A model generated the notes under the pieces. That model saw only the letters and a program-made list of their open reading frames with translations. It made no database searches and was not told where the DNA came from. A stretch of 37,615 nucleotides of DNA, from the NCBI RefSeq assembly GCF_048593235.1, contig NC_133617.1, positions 754,536,282 through 754,573,896 on the forward strand, written 5' to 3'. Positions within the stretch are counted from its first letter, which is position 1; every line of letters starts with the position of its first letter. This DNA comes from Sminthopsis crassicaudata. Taxonomy: Eukaryota. The position numbers and the translations under genes were made by a program. Shown in pieces: positions 8,734 to 21,032 of the stretch.

Positions 8734-11700
8734 GTAGGCCCCGGTGGGGGGGTGCGGCAGGCGGGGGAGGGGCTCGGGGGCGGGAGCTGAGGGGAAGGCG
8801 TGATTGGCGGCTGACGGAGTGGGGGCAGGGAGTTCCGCAGGATGCCTCCTGTGATGTGGGGGGAGGGGCTGTGGCCCCCCTGTGCAGTGGCCCGAGGGGA
8901 TGGGGACCTGTCATGGCCCTTCGTAGTCCGCAGAGCCTGATGGGAAGCTGGAGGGAGAGCCGGGGAGGGGCGGAGAGGGGGCGAGGGTGCTGGGGGAGGG
9001 GCGTCCCCCAGCCTGCCCCTGTGGAGGGCACACTGCGCACTGACACCCAGAGCGTGCACTCTCACAGGACTCCAAGCGCGCGCTGCCGGGGGCCGGGAGG
9101 CTCTGGGAAGGGAGGCCGGTGGCGAGTTCTCCCTCTGAGTCACCGTCCTCCCCATTCCAGACGGTTCTGCCAGGAAGGCCCCCCGCCCCCCGCGGGCCCC
9201 GCGGAGTCTGGCAGCGCCTCGGAAGCCCGGCTCGGGCGCCTGGAATCCGGCGTGTCCTTCCTCTCCAAGCTCACGGGCATCCGGGTGACGGAGTACTCCC
9301 TGAGCAGGGCCGAGCTCCGCGGAGGCGCGGAGGGTAAGCTGCGCTCTCTCCATCCGGCCTCTGGGAGCCTCGGGCTGGGAGCCGGGGTCACTTCCGGCGC
9401 GGCCCCTCCCCCCGGGTCACCGAGGCCCTTGGGGAGGGACCGGGGGAGAGTCGTCTAAAGGGGGGGGGCTCCTGCGGGAAACGTTTCCTGGGCTGGGTGA
9501 GGGTCCGGTCCGGGCCGAAGGTTCAAAGGGAAGGAAAGCCGCCTCAGCCGGGCCTGGGAAAGTCCATCGGGTGCCCCGGGGCAGGAAAAGGGGCAAGAGC
9601 CGGCCGCCTCACAGCCCCGCCCCCCAGAGCGTGGTGGGAGGAGACAGGAGACCACCCGCAGAGGGGGGGGCGTGCAGACCAGGCCCCCCCCCCAAGGCCT
9701 TGGGCGGTGGCACGAGGAGCATGCCCCCCAGGGGCGCCGTGCCATCGCCTGGGTGTGGGGGGTGACTGGGCGGCTGCCTCCTGAGCTGGGGCCCGAGGTC
9801 TCGCCCGCTGACCGAGGGCTATGGCGTCTCCACCGCCTCTTCACGCACCCTCTGACCGCTTTTCCCTGGGCGCGTCCTCGGGAAGAAGTGCCATAAGTAC
9901 CACGGGGGGAGGGGGGGTGACCACAGGAAGCGCCTGGTGTGTGCCAGGCATGGAGCCCCATTCCAGGGGCACTTCGGGAGGGCGGCCCAGCGTCCCCCCG
10001 TCCCCCCCCCCCTGTCCCCCTCATCGCTGACGCTTGCGTCTCTTCCGTGTCACAGACGGGCCCAGGATCCTGAGGAAGGGCCGCCTGGCCGGACACTGCC
10101 GAGATGTGACCTTTCACCTTGAGTTCCAGCTCCTGGAGATGCAGGTGAGTGTCGGGGCCACGCCCTGCCCCCTCCCCCCATCCACAGGTCCTTTGTCTCC
10201 CCCCCTCCCCACCCCCCCCTTGGATGCCTTTCCCCACTTCCGGGAGGGGGCAGCCTAAAGAACTGGCTCCTCTGGGGCGAGGAAGAAGCCCAAGTAACTG
10301 GAACGAGGAGAAATCAGGGGAGGCTTCTTGGGGGAGGAGGCCTGTGAGCTTGAACCAAGTCTAAGGATTCCCATTGGGACACGAGTGCGAGAGCAAGGAG
10401 CCTCTGCTCCTCCCGGCGCCGGCTGGCGTTTACGGAGCGCCCGAGGGGGCGAGACGTGTCTATGAGCCCATTTTACAGAGGAGGCGCCGAGGCAGGCAGA
10501 GGTCAAGGGCCTGCCTGGTCTCTCTGGTGGCTTGTGGAGGGGGCAGTGGGAGGGGGCCCTGGACCCCTGGAGCCACCACAGGTGGGAGAGATCGGGGGGA
10601 GGACGCAACCGGGGGACCAGCCAGACTTTCCCGCCATCACCTCATTTGGGGCCAGGCTGCGCAGAGCAGCACGTGGTGGGGCTGCAGGGGCCCCGGCCTC
10701 CTGCTGGGGGCATTGTCAGGCGGCCGGCCCGTGGGGGTCTGAGGCTGCTCCTCCAGGGTCCCCGGCCCGGCGGGTCTCTGACGCCTCCAGCACTTCCTGA
10801 GCCGGGGCTGATGACATCGGCCCACGGGAGCCCTCAGGACATTGTGCCAGCTGCAGGGGGGGGCACTTTCCCCACCCTCTTTTTGCCCGACACCAGCTGT
10901 GCAGGTTCATAAGCTAAGTGCACAAATTGAGCGCTTACCGATGATAAATTGTGACATCGCGACCCCCACGTTCAGTTCCAAGACCCAAGAAGCTGGGTTT
11001 AGAGGATGACCTCGTCCTGGGAGGAGAGAAAGGGGGACATCGCGCAGCACGTGGCGTGGCTGATGCGCTGGGACAGGGGGCAGGCCCAGGGCACAGGTGA
11101 TCTCCAAGTGCCTGGGCCTTGGGGGCCAAGGCCCCGGACAGCGGGCATGGCAGCAGCCCTGGCTGTGGGGGGCTGAGTGGGCGGAGCCTTGGGGGTCTGG
11201 GGGGTGCTGTCCTGCAGTGGCCGCCAGAGGCAGCCCCTGGGTTTCTTAGCCGTCGGCCACCAGCAGAGGGAGGCCTTTCATCATTGGAAATCTGAGAAGC
11301 AGCCCGAGCTTCAGCTGCGCCCAGAGATGTCAGGGCGTCCCGGAAGCGCTGCCGGGAACCTGAGGGGCCAAAAAGACTTAACCAGCCGGAGCCAGAGAAA
11401 GCTCCAGCGTCGTCGCTCTCTTCCTACAGAGGAGGAAACTGAGGCGCCCAAGGCTGCTCACACTGCCAGCCCTGTCCTCTGGCCCCCTGGCACATGCCCA
11501 GGGTGGGTTCTGCTCTTAAGGATGCCTCCAGGACCCTCCTCTGAGGCCCAGCACCCTGAGCACCACTGCTCCTTGGGACCCAGGCCCTCTGGGCAGAAAG
11601 GGAAGACCAGGAGCCACGCCCAGCCCCAGAGTCCGGAGTCTAGAGCTCTAGAGGGCAAAGCCCCGGGGCCCAGAATCTAGAGCCTCAGAACCCCAAAGCC

Positions 11701-14700
11701 CCAAGGCCTAGAGTCCCAGCCCCAGAGGCCAGAGCCCGGCTCCTGCTTGCCTCCATTCTTGTGCTCCCAGAAAGAGCTTTATCGACCACTTCCCGTTTAT
11801 ACGTTTCCTTTGGGAGTCATGACTTCTGTTCTCTGGGTGTCCATCTGCTCCCAGATCTGGGGTGGGGAGGCTGGGGTGCCAGGTGAATGGACACATCCTG
11901 AGCGGCTGCGCGGGAGCTTCCGTTTCCAAGGCCTGGATTTCTCTCGGGAGCAGCCGTGAGTGGCTGTATTGCCCACGGTGGCCATGTGGGCCGGGCACGT
12001 GGGGCCACGGATTTGCAAGGACCAGACGTGCTGCCCTTCCTCTTCCTGTGTGCACACGCCATCCCTTGGGGGTCCCGGGAGCCCCCAGAGTCTCTGCTCC
12101 CAGGTTTCCTTTCACCATCTGTTTCCATCTCCATAAAAGTGGCTTCTGTGTCATGGCCCTCCGAGCTGTCCCCAGGCTCTCTGACCCCGTGGCTGGGGTC
12201 CCTCCTGTTCTCCCTGCAGCGGCGGCAGCTTTAGTTCCCTTTTGCCTGCCCTGGTCCCACAGAAAAAGTGCAAGTTTTTAAAAATTGTATCAGGACCAGG
12301 AAATCCTGAGGCAGAAAGGACTCGTGGGTGCGAGTCAGCATCGGGCCGGGGCCAGATCAGCCGCAGAATGTGGGTGTTTTGGGAAGGGGATTCTAGGCCG
12401 TCTATGCAGCACGTAGAGAGCTGGCGGACACAGGACTGAGGGGCAGCCATACCTGGGCTGGCTGTCACCTCACAGGCCCCACTGAGCTCTTGGGGAGGAC
12501 CTCGGCGCCCACAGAGAAGAGATGGCCTTGGGCCTGCCAGGGAAGCCAGGAGTGAAGGGTAGTGCTGGGCCTTGAGCCATCCTCAGGGTGGCAGTCCTTG
12601 GCACTCTTGTGGTGGGCAGCAGTGTGGGGCAGGGCCAGCGGGCTTCTCATCTGCCCTGACCCTGCACTGCCGCAGCACCCCCAGCGGCTGTGGAAATGAG
12701 GGGCGGGGACAGTGGCGAGGGTTTGATCCCATTCCGGTCTCTGAATGTTGAGCAGGCCCAGAACAGCCCCCAAGATCCAGCCTGGACTCCCCCGGGGGCC
12801 TCAGCGACGAGACGACGATTCTCTTAAGTACTGAGGGTTTGAGTTTTATTGCTCACCTGGCCATGTTTCGTTCCCAGCACTTAATAGGTCCCTGGCATGT
12901 AATAGAGACTTAATAAGCGTGAGTTGACTTGAGTTCCCATTAGACTGGCCAGTCCTCCCGACTCCTGAATTGGAACTTTGTGTTAGGCAGGCCTAGGGGA
13001 TGGTGGGGGCCGTGTGAGGGGCTCCTGGCCTGCTTTCTGTGGAGTTGCCTTGCTGGGTTCTGTGGCTTCCAGGGCAGCTCAGGCTGGGCTGTCCCCACAA
13101 ACAGAATCACGTCCTTGCTGCCAAGCTCTGGCCCCTCTTGTGGGCCCACGGCAGCAGACTTTGCCAGCCCTGGCCCCCTGCAAAGGCTGCAGCTCGGGGC
13201 TGAAGGCCCTGCTTGCCTGGCTCAGGCTGTCCCTGGCATTTGGTCCAGACCTGCCTTGCTTGGGGGGCTACGACAAGTGTCTCACGCCTGGCTGATCCTC
13301 CCCGCTTCGAGCACCGGCTTCTCCACCCTGGGAGCAAGGGAACAAGCTTCCAGCAGGCTCCCCTTTAGGCCCCCTGGCTGGGCAAGGCTGACTTCAGCGG
13401 GCAGAGTGACTTCTTGAGGCTCTTCGTGAGACAGGTTGTCCGGCGGAGCTGAGCCGTCCAGGTCAGGCTTCCTCCCAGTGGCAAGAGGAGCTGGCACTTG
13501 TCCCCAAAGCCTCCGACTTGACAGCGACACAGCTTCAGGGAAAAGGAAGGCCTGCCTTCGATGACCTTGGGGTTGAAGGGAAATCAGAAAAGAGAGAATG
13601 TGATGTTCAAGGGCAGCGAGAAGAGTTTCCTCTGAGTAAATGGGAAGGCAGTGGAGGGTCGCCGGAGGCAAACGTCCATCCCTCAGTGTGTGTGCATGAG
13701 AAAGAAGCTGCTCTCACACGCATACAAGCTGGCCTCAAATGATGGTATTCTTGTCACGTGCCCGCCCCCGGGGCCCAGGAGAAAGACGAGGGCAGAGCAG
13801 AAGAGCAAGAGCTGGGGAGGGGATGGTCCGGGGAGGCAACCCTGATGGGGAAGACAGTTTGTACGTTGTAAAAAATAATCACCCCAGAGGATTCCCCTTT
13901 CTTTTTTCTCTTTCGCTTTCCTCTTGAGCATCTTTAAAGGGCTCCACAAACCAGGTTCTACCAAGGAGAGCCGTATTTATTCCTGCTTCCGCGGATCTCT
14001 GGCCAAGATTTCGTTCTCTTTTTTTAGCCGCTTTTGTCCCGTTTTTCTCTCCTTTGGGACAGAGCTGATTTTCTTCAGATTCTCCAAAAGAGGGCCCGTT
14101 GTAATCCGGGGTCTTCTCTGCTGACCATCTCTCTCCGCTTGGCCGGTAACAAAGTCCAAGAAAAACCACAAACTCTCTTAGGCACGGGTCTGCCGGAAAC
14201 CAGTTGGATTGATCTCTCGTTAATGTAAATGCCAGCTTTGCTCTGTTCAAGGGAACGGCCAGCCTCCTGGGACGGATCTCTAACACCCCAAGAGATTCTG
14301 GAGTGACGTTTCCAGAAATCTTGAGCAAGAACGTTTTATGATGTGACAAAGTCTAGTCACACAATTCAGGGGAGCTACAAGTTCTACTCTGTCTTATCAG
14401 GCCCAGACAGACAGTCCTGGTGGTCGCAGACTATTGACTAGAGCCCCTCCCTCCTTAACTGCTGCTCCGGGGTGATGGAAGCAGTCAGACATGTTCCCTC
14501 CCCCGAGTTAGTCCCTTGGGGAAAGGCAGGAGACTCTGCTCCGAGGTGGGTCCACCTGGGGGTTTCTCGTTCTTGGTCACTGCCCCCAGTCCCTCGCCAT
14601 CTGCCATCTGCCTTTTACACCCTTCCCTAAGAGAAGGGGGGCCGCTACTTCCTGGGAAGTGCTTAAAAGCATCCACCAGGTTTCCTTCGGGGAGATCTGG

Positions 14701-17700
14701 GAACTTTGCATTGAGAAGAGAAGCTCTAACGTGCTTTGACACAGTCAGTCCAAAAGCATTTATTAAGCCCCTGCTGTGTGATGCCTGGTGCTAAGAGATC
14801 AGGGCCCAGAGGAAGGCAATGAGACAGGACAGGCCCGCATCTCCCAGCTCTATGAACACCTGATGGCCGGCAGTTCCCACGGTGACGGGTTTATAACCTA
14901 TGGATGAGCTTTCGTGGTCTCTTTCCCACTTTTTCTCCTCTTAAAGCAGCGACGACCAGCTTCGTACTGATTGCCCAACAGCCCGTGGCCCGAGAAAAAA
15001 GTGGCCGTTTCTGGAAAGACTTTGTGTCCGATGGGGATCTAAGCCGGGTCTTAGGAGGGGAGATGGGAAAGAAGCAACAGGTGTTCCAGATATTACTGGT
15101 GGTGCCAAAGGTGGCAAAGGGTTGGGGGTCTCGGGAGTAGGGGGAGTATCAGAGGAACTCGGCAGGAAGGGCGTGGGAGTCATGGCAGGGCCTTGGACGC
15201 CAGCAGTCAAGGCCTCCTTGGAAGGGAAGTAGGCCCAGGGAGATGGGCCGGGGGTGGGGAGCCACCAGATTGTTCTGGGGGTGGTGGAGGTCGCTCTGTG
15301 GGATGAGAAGAGGTGGCCCCTCCAGCTTGGGAGGTAAAGGGGGTCCAAGTGCGTGCGGCGAGCCGGGGGTGCAGAGGACAGGGCAGAGAAAATAGGCGGG
15401 CCCTGAGAGCTCCCTGGGCCAACAAAACAGCCTTTCTCTGCTACCAGCTGGGCGTCACACCAAGCACTGAGGGTCCTTGCCCTCAAGGACTTTGCAGTCT
15501 GTCGGGCAGGGGGCACCAAGTGACGGACCCTTCCTGAACCTGAGTGGAAGTGGAGAAATGCATTTGTCGTTTCTGAGCGCCTGGTTTTAGACACTTCTCG
15601 GGATGGAATCCTTCGTCATGAATTCCCCAGGGAGGGGCGGGGATCCTGCCAGTGGGTCCGCGTTCAGTTAAAAGGTCTTTGCACGGCTTCTCTGCTTTAG
15701 GATGAAGAGAACCCCTCGGCTGCCATCACCGAGCTGAACATTATCCTGGAGCCCATGGAGTACAGCGAGCTGAGCCGCTTTGTGGCCCGGTAAGACCCTT
15801 GACCAAGGCTAACTCCCCGAGGGAAGCCCCGTCCCTTTCTTTGACTGCAAGGTGGGGTAGATGGAGGCGCTTTTAAGTGACTTGTGTGGGCCCCTTTGGC
15901 TCCTGCCCTTGCCGTCGTATCTCTCCCCTGCCCTCCTTTAGAGCAAAGATTTTCTTTCTTTTTACCCGTTTCCGCGGATGTCTTTTTTTCACCGTCAGGA
16001 CTTCCCCAGTAGCCTTCCTCCGGCCCTCCCTGAGGGCCTTCTCTGTTTTGGAAGACAGAAAGATCAAGCTGGCTGGTGGAGGGGCACCACGTGGGGGCTG
16101 CCCCTGCCCCTGTACCCCTTTGGGACAGTCTCTCTTGACCGCATCAGACAGTCCTACCCTTGTTCCTCCCTCGGCTTCTTCCCAGCCTCTCGATGTCCGT
16201 CATTGCCCTTCCTGACAACCCCGCGCTGCTCCCTCCCCTCTCGGACCACATGGGAGCATCTCTGCGTCCAGCTCTTGACCATCACAAAGGTGCTGCTGCA
16301 GTGCCTGGGCACAAGGGGCATGATTCTTTTTAATGGCCATAGAGGGCTTTATCTGCACCCTCCCAAACCACTTCCGGGTCATTTGTGCTGATTGGCAGCT
16401 GTGCCCAAAATGCACCAGGGCCCTTCTCCCATAGTCTCCCCAACATTGACAGTCGCCATGCTCCGTCATCTTTACCAGTCTGTAGCATGGGGACCTCAGG
16501 GCTGTTTTAATTCGTCTTCTCTTGTGACGGACGGCTTGGAGCTCCAATGAGGAGACGAGATGACATCCCTCTCTCCTGCACCCAAATTGGCCTCAGAGGC
16601 TTGCAGCGGCCTGAGAGGAAGGGATCCCGAGATTAAGTCCGTTTATAGAGTTAGAAAAGCAAACGGAGATCAGCTGAGCAGCAAGCCTTTATTAAGTGCC
16701 TACTGTGTGCCAAGCATTCAGGTGTGCTGAGAGAGGCTTGTCCATGGCTACCCCCCAGGGGGACAGGTCTTTCTGAGTGCGGGCCCATCTGCCCCAGACA
16801 CTGCCCAGCCCTCTGCTCTCACCCGCCCCCCGGCCCCACAGACCCTGTGATGTCTTCTGGGGTCCCTTACAAGGGGTGCCTTTGCCCAGGCCCCTGGGAC
16901 CCTTTATGTCAGTGCAGGGTCCAGGGATGGGAAGGCACGCTTGATCTGGGGGGCCCAGGGAGGATTCGGAAGGAGAGGAGGGCCACGTTGGCTGGGCTGT
17001 ATGGCATGTCTCCCCAGGGCGCTGTGAGGGTGTCCGGTGAGGTGCCCTTTAACCTTCTCTCTGCGGGATTAGGGGCAGGAGCTGCTGCCAAATCTGGCCT
17101 TGGGCACTGAAGAGCCATGTGACCTGGAAGAAATCACTTACCCCTGCTTGCCTCAGTTTCCTCTTCTGTAAAATGGGAATAACAGCACTAGCCTCCTATT
17201 CGCTCCTTGTTTGTCCTTCATTGGCAAGGAGGGCCATGGCATTGGGGAGGTGATACCGGGACAGGAGGGCAGGGCTGGTCAAAGTCACTGACCTCCCTGC
17301 CTCCTCCAGAGCCAGACACAGATCTGGGCAATGGAGATGGCCCTGGATGGGGGGAGACCCTGGCCTTGTGAAGCAGGTCCCTGTTTGTCTGAGGGGCCTG
17401 ATCCAGGATTAAGGCCAGGTAAGATATGAGATGGAGGAAGACTTCTTGTACTTTGTCTCTCTGNNNNNNNNNNNNNNNNNNNNNNNNNNNNNNNNNNNNN
17501 NNNNNNNNNNNNNNNNNNNNNNNNNNNNNNNNNNNNNNNNNNNNNNNNNNNNNNNNNNNNNNNNNNNNNNNNNNNNNNNNNNNNNNNNNNNNNNNNNNNN
17601 NTCAGGATTTCTGGCTATTGACATTGACCCTGCCCAGCTGGGGCTTGGCCTGGAACCCATTTCTGGTTAAGTAACAAGAGCCAGACGATTGGTCCTTCAG

Positions 17701-20700
17701 GAAGAGCTCTGACCCATAAGCCCCAAGGTGCTTTGCAAGGGCCCAGCCCCCAAAACTTGATTCCTCTGGGCAGAGGTTGTGAGGCTCCAACTGGTGGTGG
17801 GGACCCTTGAGAGGTCTGCCCCCCTCCCTGTTTCTGCCCTCCCCCATTCTCTGCTCTCCTGGAGACCCTGGGTGTGCTGATGAGAGAACTAGGAGACCCT
17901 CAAGGGGTCGGTCGGGGCTCAGCACTGAGGGCTGGGGGCCTCGGCTCAGTCTGTCTTCTGGGGTCTCCTTGTCCCGTCCTGCATTCATCTGTTTGGCCCT
18001 GATGGCATCTGGGCATTGAGCCGTGAGTTATCTGGCAGGGAGGGGGCCAAGATGCTTGGAGACCGGCTCCACAGGGATCCACCATCAGAGACAGGGGAAG
18101 ATCAGTCGGTGAACCTTAATTAAGCACTTACTCTGTGCCGGGCATTCACGGCAGGATCGAGTCTGAGACCTTGGACATCTACAGGGGAGCCTCCCGACAG
18201 AAGCAACAGGGCCTCCAGCAGCTGCAGCCTCTAACAAGGACCCTGGCCCAGCCTTGGATGTGGCCAGGCCTTCGGCGCCCACGTTCCCCACGTAGGGCCG
18301 CCGTTTGACAACTGTCAGCAAACACGTGCCTCCTGCTGACTGCGGTCACTTGCACTCCAGGGCAGGCTCCTGTCCCATGCGTTTCCACGTGTGGACACTT
18401 TGGTCAAGGGACCTCTCCTTTTGGTCGAGATCGATCCCTCCCTGCTGCTTGAGCATGGCCTTTCATCTGCTTTCCCAGCCCCGCCTGGGTCCGAATCCTC
18501 CTTTTTAGCTTTTTAACTGCTGCGGTTAAGGCTGGAGCCTCCAGCAGTGCAAGAAGTTCACAGACACAAGTCAGGAACAGCTGTGTTCCATTAAGTTTGG
18601 ACTGGAAACATGGCTCCCGATTCACCAGGTCATAAAGGCTTGTTCTTTTTCCTTTCAGCAGAGAATGACCGAATCAACTAGTGCAGAAACTTTAATCAGC
18701 CTCTTGCCCAGAACTAGGGATCTGGATCCCAAAGCAGAGCCCCTCGAGGAGGGTGCATCCCAAGAAGAAGGGCTTCTGGGATGGGCCGGGGCTCCCTGGA
18801 TGGGCTGGGGCTCTTGAGAGGTGGTCTTGGACACAGGCTTGCCAGCAGCCAGGGAACGGCTGATGGAGCCCGGCTCTAGCACTGTAGTTCTCAGCCAGCC
18901 TTCTTACAAAGGTTTGCAAAGGCTTTTATAAGTTGTATCTCTTGTTCTCCTCCCAACAAGCCTGGCACTAGGTGCTATTTGCCCATTTTACACATTAGTG
19001 AGGCAGATGGAGGGGAAGGCCCTGCCCTGCGTCGCCAGCCTAGAGGGCCTGCTGAGGGGTTTGAGCTCAGGCCTTCTGTTCCAGACTGAGAGACGCAGAC
19101 TTTGGCTTTCTCAGCTCTAGCTCTGATTCCCGTAACTCAGATCCTTGGGGGCACTGCCTCCCCTGCTTCGACACCCCCGGTCTTGTCTCTGCAGCGGGGG
19201 GTCGGGGGTAGCTGTAGCCAGTTCCTCGTTCTACCAGTCGCCCGTCTGGGCCCCTCCCCTGCCACGGATCCCCCTGGATGCGCTCTCCGTGTCTGGCCAT
19301 GACACTGCCCCCGACTAAGCTAATGTACCCCCGGGCTGCCCGTTTGGATCGAGCTCTAGCTCCTGTCTCTCCATCCTTCTCTGTACGATTTTAGGAGCAA
19401 GGAGACCAGGCGCTCTTTCCCAAATCGTAAGGGTCTCTGTTTAGCTCGTCCCCTTTGGCTAGAGGACAGTTGGTGTGTAGATGGATGGAACTGCTGGGTT
19501 CTGACCCGTGTGGACTAAATGACCTAGGGCAAGCCCCTCTGCCTCCGTTTCCTGAGCTGTAAAATGGGAATTAGAGCACCGGTCTTCTAAGTTGGTTGTG
19601 AGCCTCCAGTGAGATAGTATTTGTAAAGCGCGTGGCCCAGTGATTAGCGCATAGTAGACCCTTAACAAAAGCCTTTCCTCCTATTTAGGAAAGGATACAG
19701 TAGGAATTCCCCCCCCCCCATCCCATATACACATTTGCAAAATCCCCACCTTGGGGTTCTGGATGTTCCAAAGCCAGCTTAGATGCCCCTCCTGCTTTGT
19801 GCTCTAGGCCTTTGGGCAATTAATGGCCTCCCCTCTGCAACCCCAGGCGGTGCCCCCTGAGCTCAGCATCCTTGCTCTTCCCCCTGCTCTGCACTGTAGT
19901 GGAATGCGCTTTACATTGTTTATTGATATTTATTTCTTTTCCTCCACCTTATTTCTCTTAAAAAATAAAGTTTTTCCTGATGTCCTTCTCTTCCTGTCTC
20001 CTACAATATTCTGAGTACCCCCTCTGCAGGGCCAGTTCTTATAACAAAGGATGTTTTTTAAAAAAGAGAAAAAGCACTTTAGCAAAACTAACCCACACAC
20101 TGAGGACGTCGGACATTGTATATAGCGCAAAGTTCTCCCGTGGCCCCTCCCACCCCGCGGCAGGCCCTGAGCACCTCCCACCTAGACTCTTGCAGTAGCC
20201 TGAGTCTCCGTTCCTCCCCCCCACCAATCCCCGTTGTGCTCCACCAAAGGGGTTTTCCTAAAGTGCATGTGTGGCTATACTCTTCCTTCCCATGTTAAAC
20301 TCCAGGAGGTCCCTTTGGCCTTCACATACAGAACACTCTGGTTGGCTTTCAGGACCCTTCCCGCCTTTCCAAGCTTCATCCATCCCACTCCCCAAAACAA
20401 GCCTTTGGTCTGGGGTCTCCAGCCTCCCTTGTGCGCAAGAGGCTTCCTCTCCGCTCTGGGCATTTTCTCTGTCCGCCTGCCCTGCTTGGGGTGCTCTCCC
20501 TCTGCTGGGACCACTGACCTACCTCTCTGGCATTTGGGTCCCAACAAAAGTTCCACTTCCCACAGGAAGCCTCCCCCTACCCTTGTTTCTAGCGCCTCCC
20601 TCCTATTAAGTATTTCCTTTTTGTCCTGTATATAAAGTGTATACACTGTCTTTTGCCTCCTTTTTTAAAGCATATACAGAGGGCCTAGTACAGAGCAGGC

Positions 20701-21032
20701 ACTTCCCAGATGTTCACAGTAGACTGCCTGACTGTGCCATGCGCCCGTTGGCGCTGCCTTGGGGCTTGTTCTGGGGCCATACTTTGGTACAATCATTCCA
20801 TTGCTTTTGGTTTCATTTATTTGTTGTTGTTGTTTTTTTTTTTTTTCCTTTTATACTTTTCTAGTTGTTGCATATATTATTTTCCTGATTATTGCTATTT
20901 CTGGGCCTTGCTCATCAGAGATTTTATTTCTATAGGACAGAAGAGACGCGGGACCTTTTCCGGTTTTTCAGAAGCCTTCACTTTTTCCTGCAGTGGTGCG
21001 AATACCGTAAGCGGACATTTCAGTACTTCAAG
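8456..21032 (+). CDS. CENPP: Centromere protein P, 3'-partial multi-exon CDS: join(8456..8733,9161..9333,10056..10144,15701..15789,20936..21032); remaining exons beyond the window
   Basis: Spliced translation gives LRALRAEVAALRR, LGRLESGVSFLSKLTGI, VTFHLEFQLLEMQ, AITELNIILEPMEYSELSRFVAR and DLFRFFRSLHFFLQWCEYRKRTF, all recognised from CENP-P. Phases are consistent, and exons 3-5 are 89/89/97 nt, as recalled for human. Confidence 0.95.
9161..9333 (+). CDS. CENPP: CENPP exon 2 (173 nt)
   Basis: ccattccag|A; ...ARLGRLESGVSFLSKLTGIRVTEYS...; donor G|GTAAGC. Confidence 0.92.
10056..10144 (+). CDS. CENPP: CENPP exon 3 (89 nt)
   Basis: cacag|AC; GPRILRKGRLAGHCRDVTFHLEFQLLEMQ; donor CAG|GTGAGT. Confidence 0.94.
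12870..12935 (+). mobile_element. L2/MIR-type 3' tail remnant
   Basis: CCTGGCATGTAATAGAGACTTAATAAGCGTGAGTTGACTTGA resembles the remembered tail cctggcacatagtaggcacttaataaatg. Similar tails lie on the minus strand near 14740-14795, 16675-16720 and 18105-18145. Confidence 0.55.
13879..14349 (-). mobile_element. Possible L1/HAL1 ORF1 C-terminal domain-derived fragment (open 156-aa frame)
   Basis: RAKLAFTLTRDQSNWFPADPCLREFV loosely resembles the remembered L1 ORF1p CTD PAKLSFISEGEIKYFIDKQMLRDFV. By-eye match only. Confidence 0.3.
15701..15789 (+). CDS. CENPP: CENPP exon 4 (89 nt)
   Basis: ctttag|GAT; DEENPSAAITELNIILEPMEYSELSRFVA(R); donor CG|GTAAGA. Missed by the ORF track. Confidence 0.94.
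16265..16490 (-). mobile_element. Decayed L1 ORF2 3' fragment
   Basis: Minus strand cagactggtaaagatgac...tgtcaatgttgggg...gtgcattttgg...gcagcagcacctttgtgatggtcaagagctgg follows the remembered L1 3' pattern (cagattggctaagatgac / aaatgttggagg / atagcagctctttttgtggtggcaaagaattgg). Confidence 0.65.
17085..17195 (+). mobile_element. MIR-family SINE core
   Basis: tgtgacctggaagaaatcacttacccctgcttgcctcagtttcctcttctgtaaaatgggaataa matches the MIR core. Confidence 0.8.
17208..17450 (+). mobile_element. Marsupial-type RTE-related SINE (WALLSI/RTESINE-like; family and orientation uncertain)
   Basis: ttgtttgtccttcatt...gggaggtgat...aaagtcac...ctcctccagagcca...ggagatggccctggatg...ggagaccctggcc...gattaaggccaggtaaga matches a marsupial repeat as I remember it. 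Confidence 0.6.
17464..17601. other. Assembly gap (138 N) in CENPP intron 4
   Basis: Run of N. Confidence 1.
19490..19670 (+). mobile_element. MIR-family SINE (core plus tail)
   Basis: gacctagggcaag...ctgcctccgtttcctgagctgtaaaatgggaatt...gttgtgag...gagatagtatttgtaaagcg. Confidence 0.75.
20285..20715 (+). mobile_element. Decayed L2 3' fragment
   Basis: aaactccaggaggtccctttggcc...ctctggttggctttcaggaccctt... followed by the tail gggcctagtacagagcaggcactt; L2 3' pattern. Confidence 0.5.
20936..21032 (+). CDS. CENPP: CENPP exon 5 (97 nt)
   Basis: tatag|G; TEETRDLFRFFRSLHFFLQWCEYRKRTFQYFK; donor AAG|GTAAGG. Confidence 0.95.

Noticed and set aside
8145-9353. 402-aa minus-strand ORF with poly-Ala/Pro, and the plus-strand poly-Ala/Gly frame 8302..8658
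   Set aside because: These are alternative readings of the CENPP exon-1 triplet repeat and CpG island; stop codons are scarce there by composition.
17409-17674. ORFs containing X runs
   Set aside because: Artefacts of the 138-N gap.
19900-20230. AT-rich segment resembling a marsupial L1/HAL1 3' region; also an L1-like piece near 26105-26200
   Set aside because: The resemblance is from memory and too weak to set family or boundaries; RepeatMasker/Dfam is needed.
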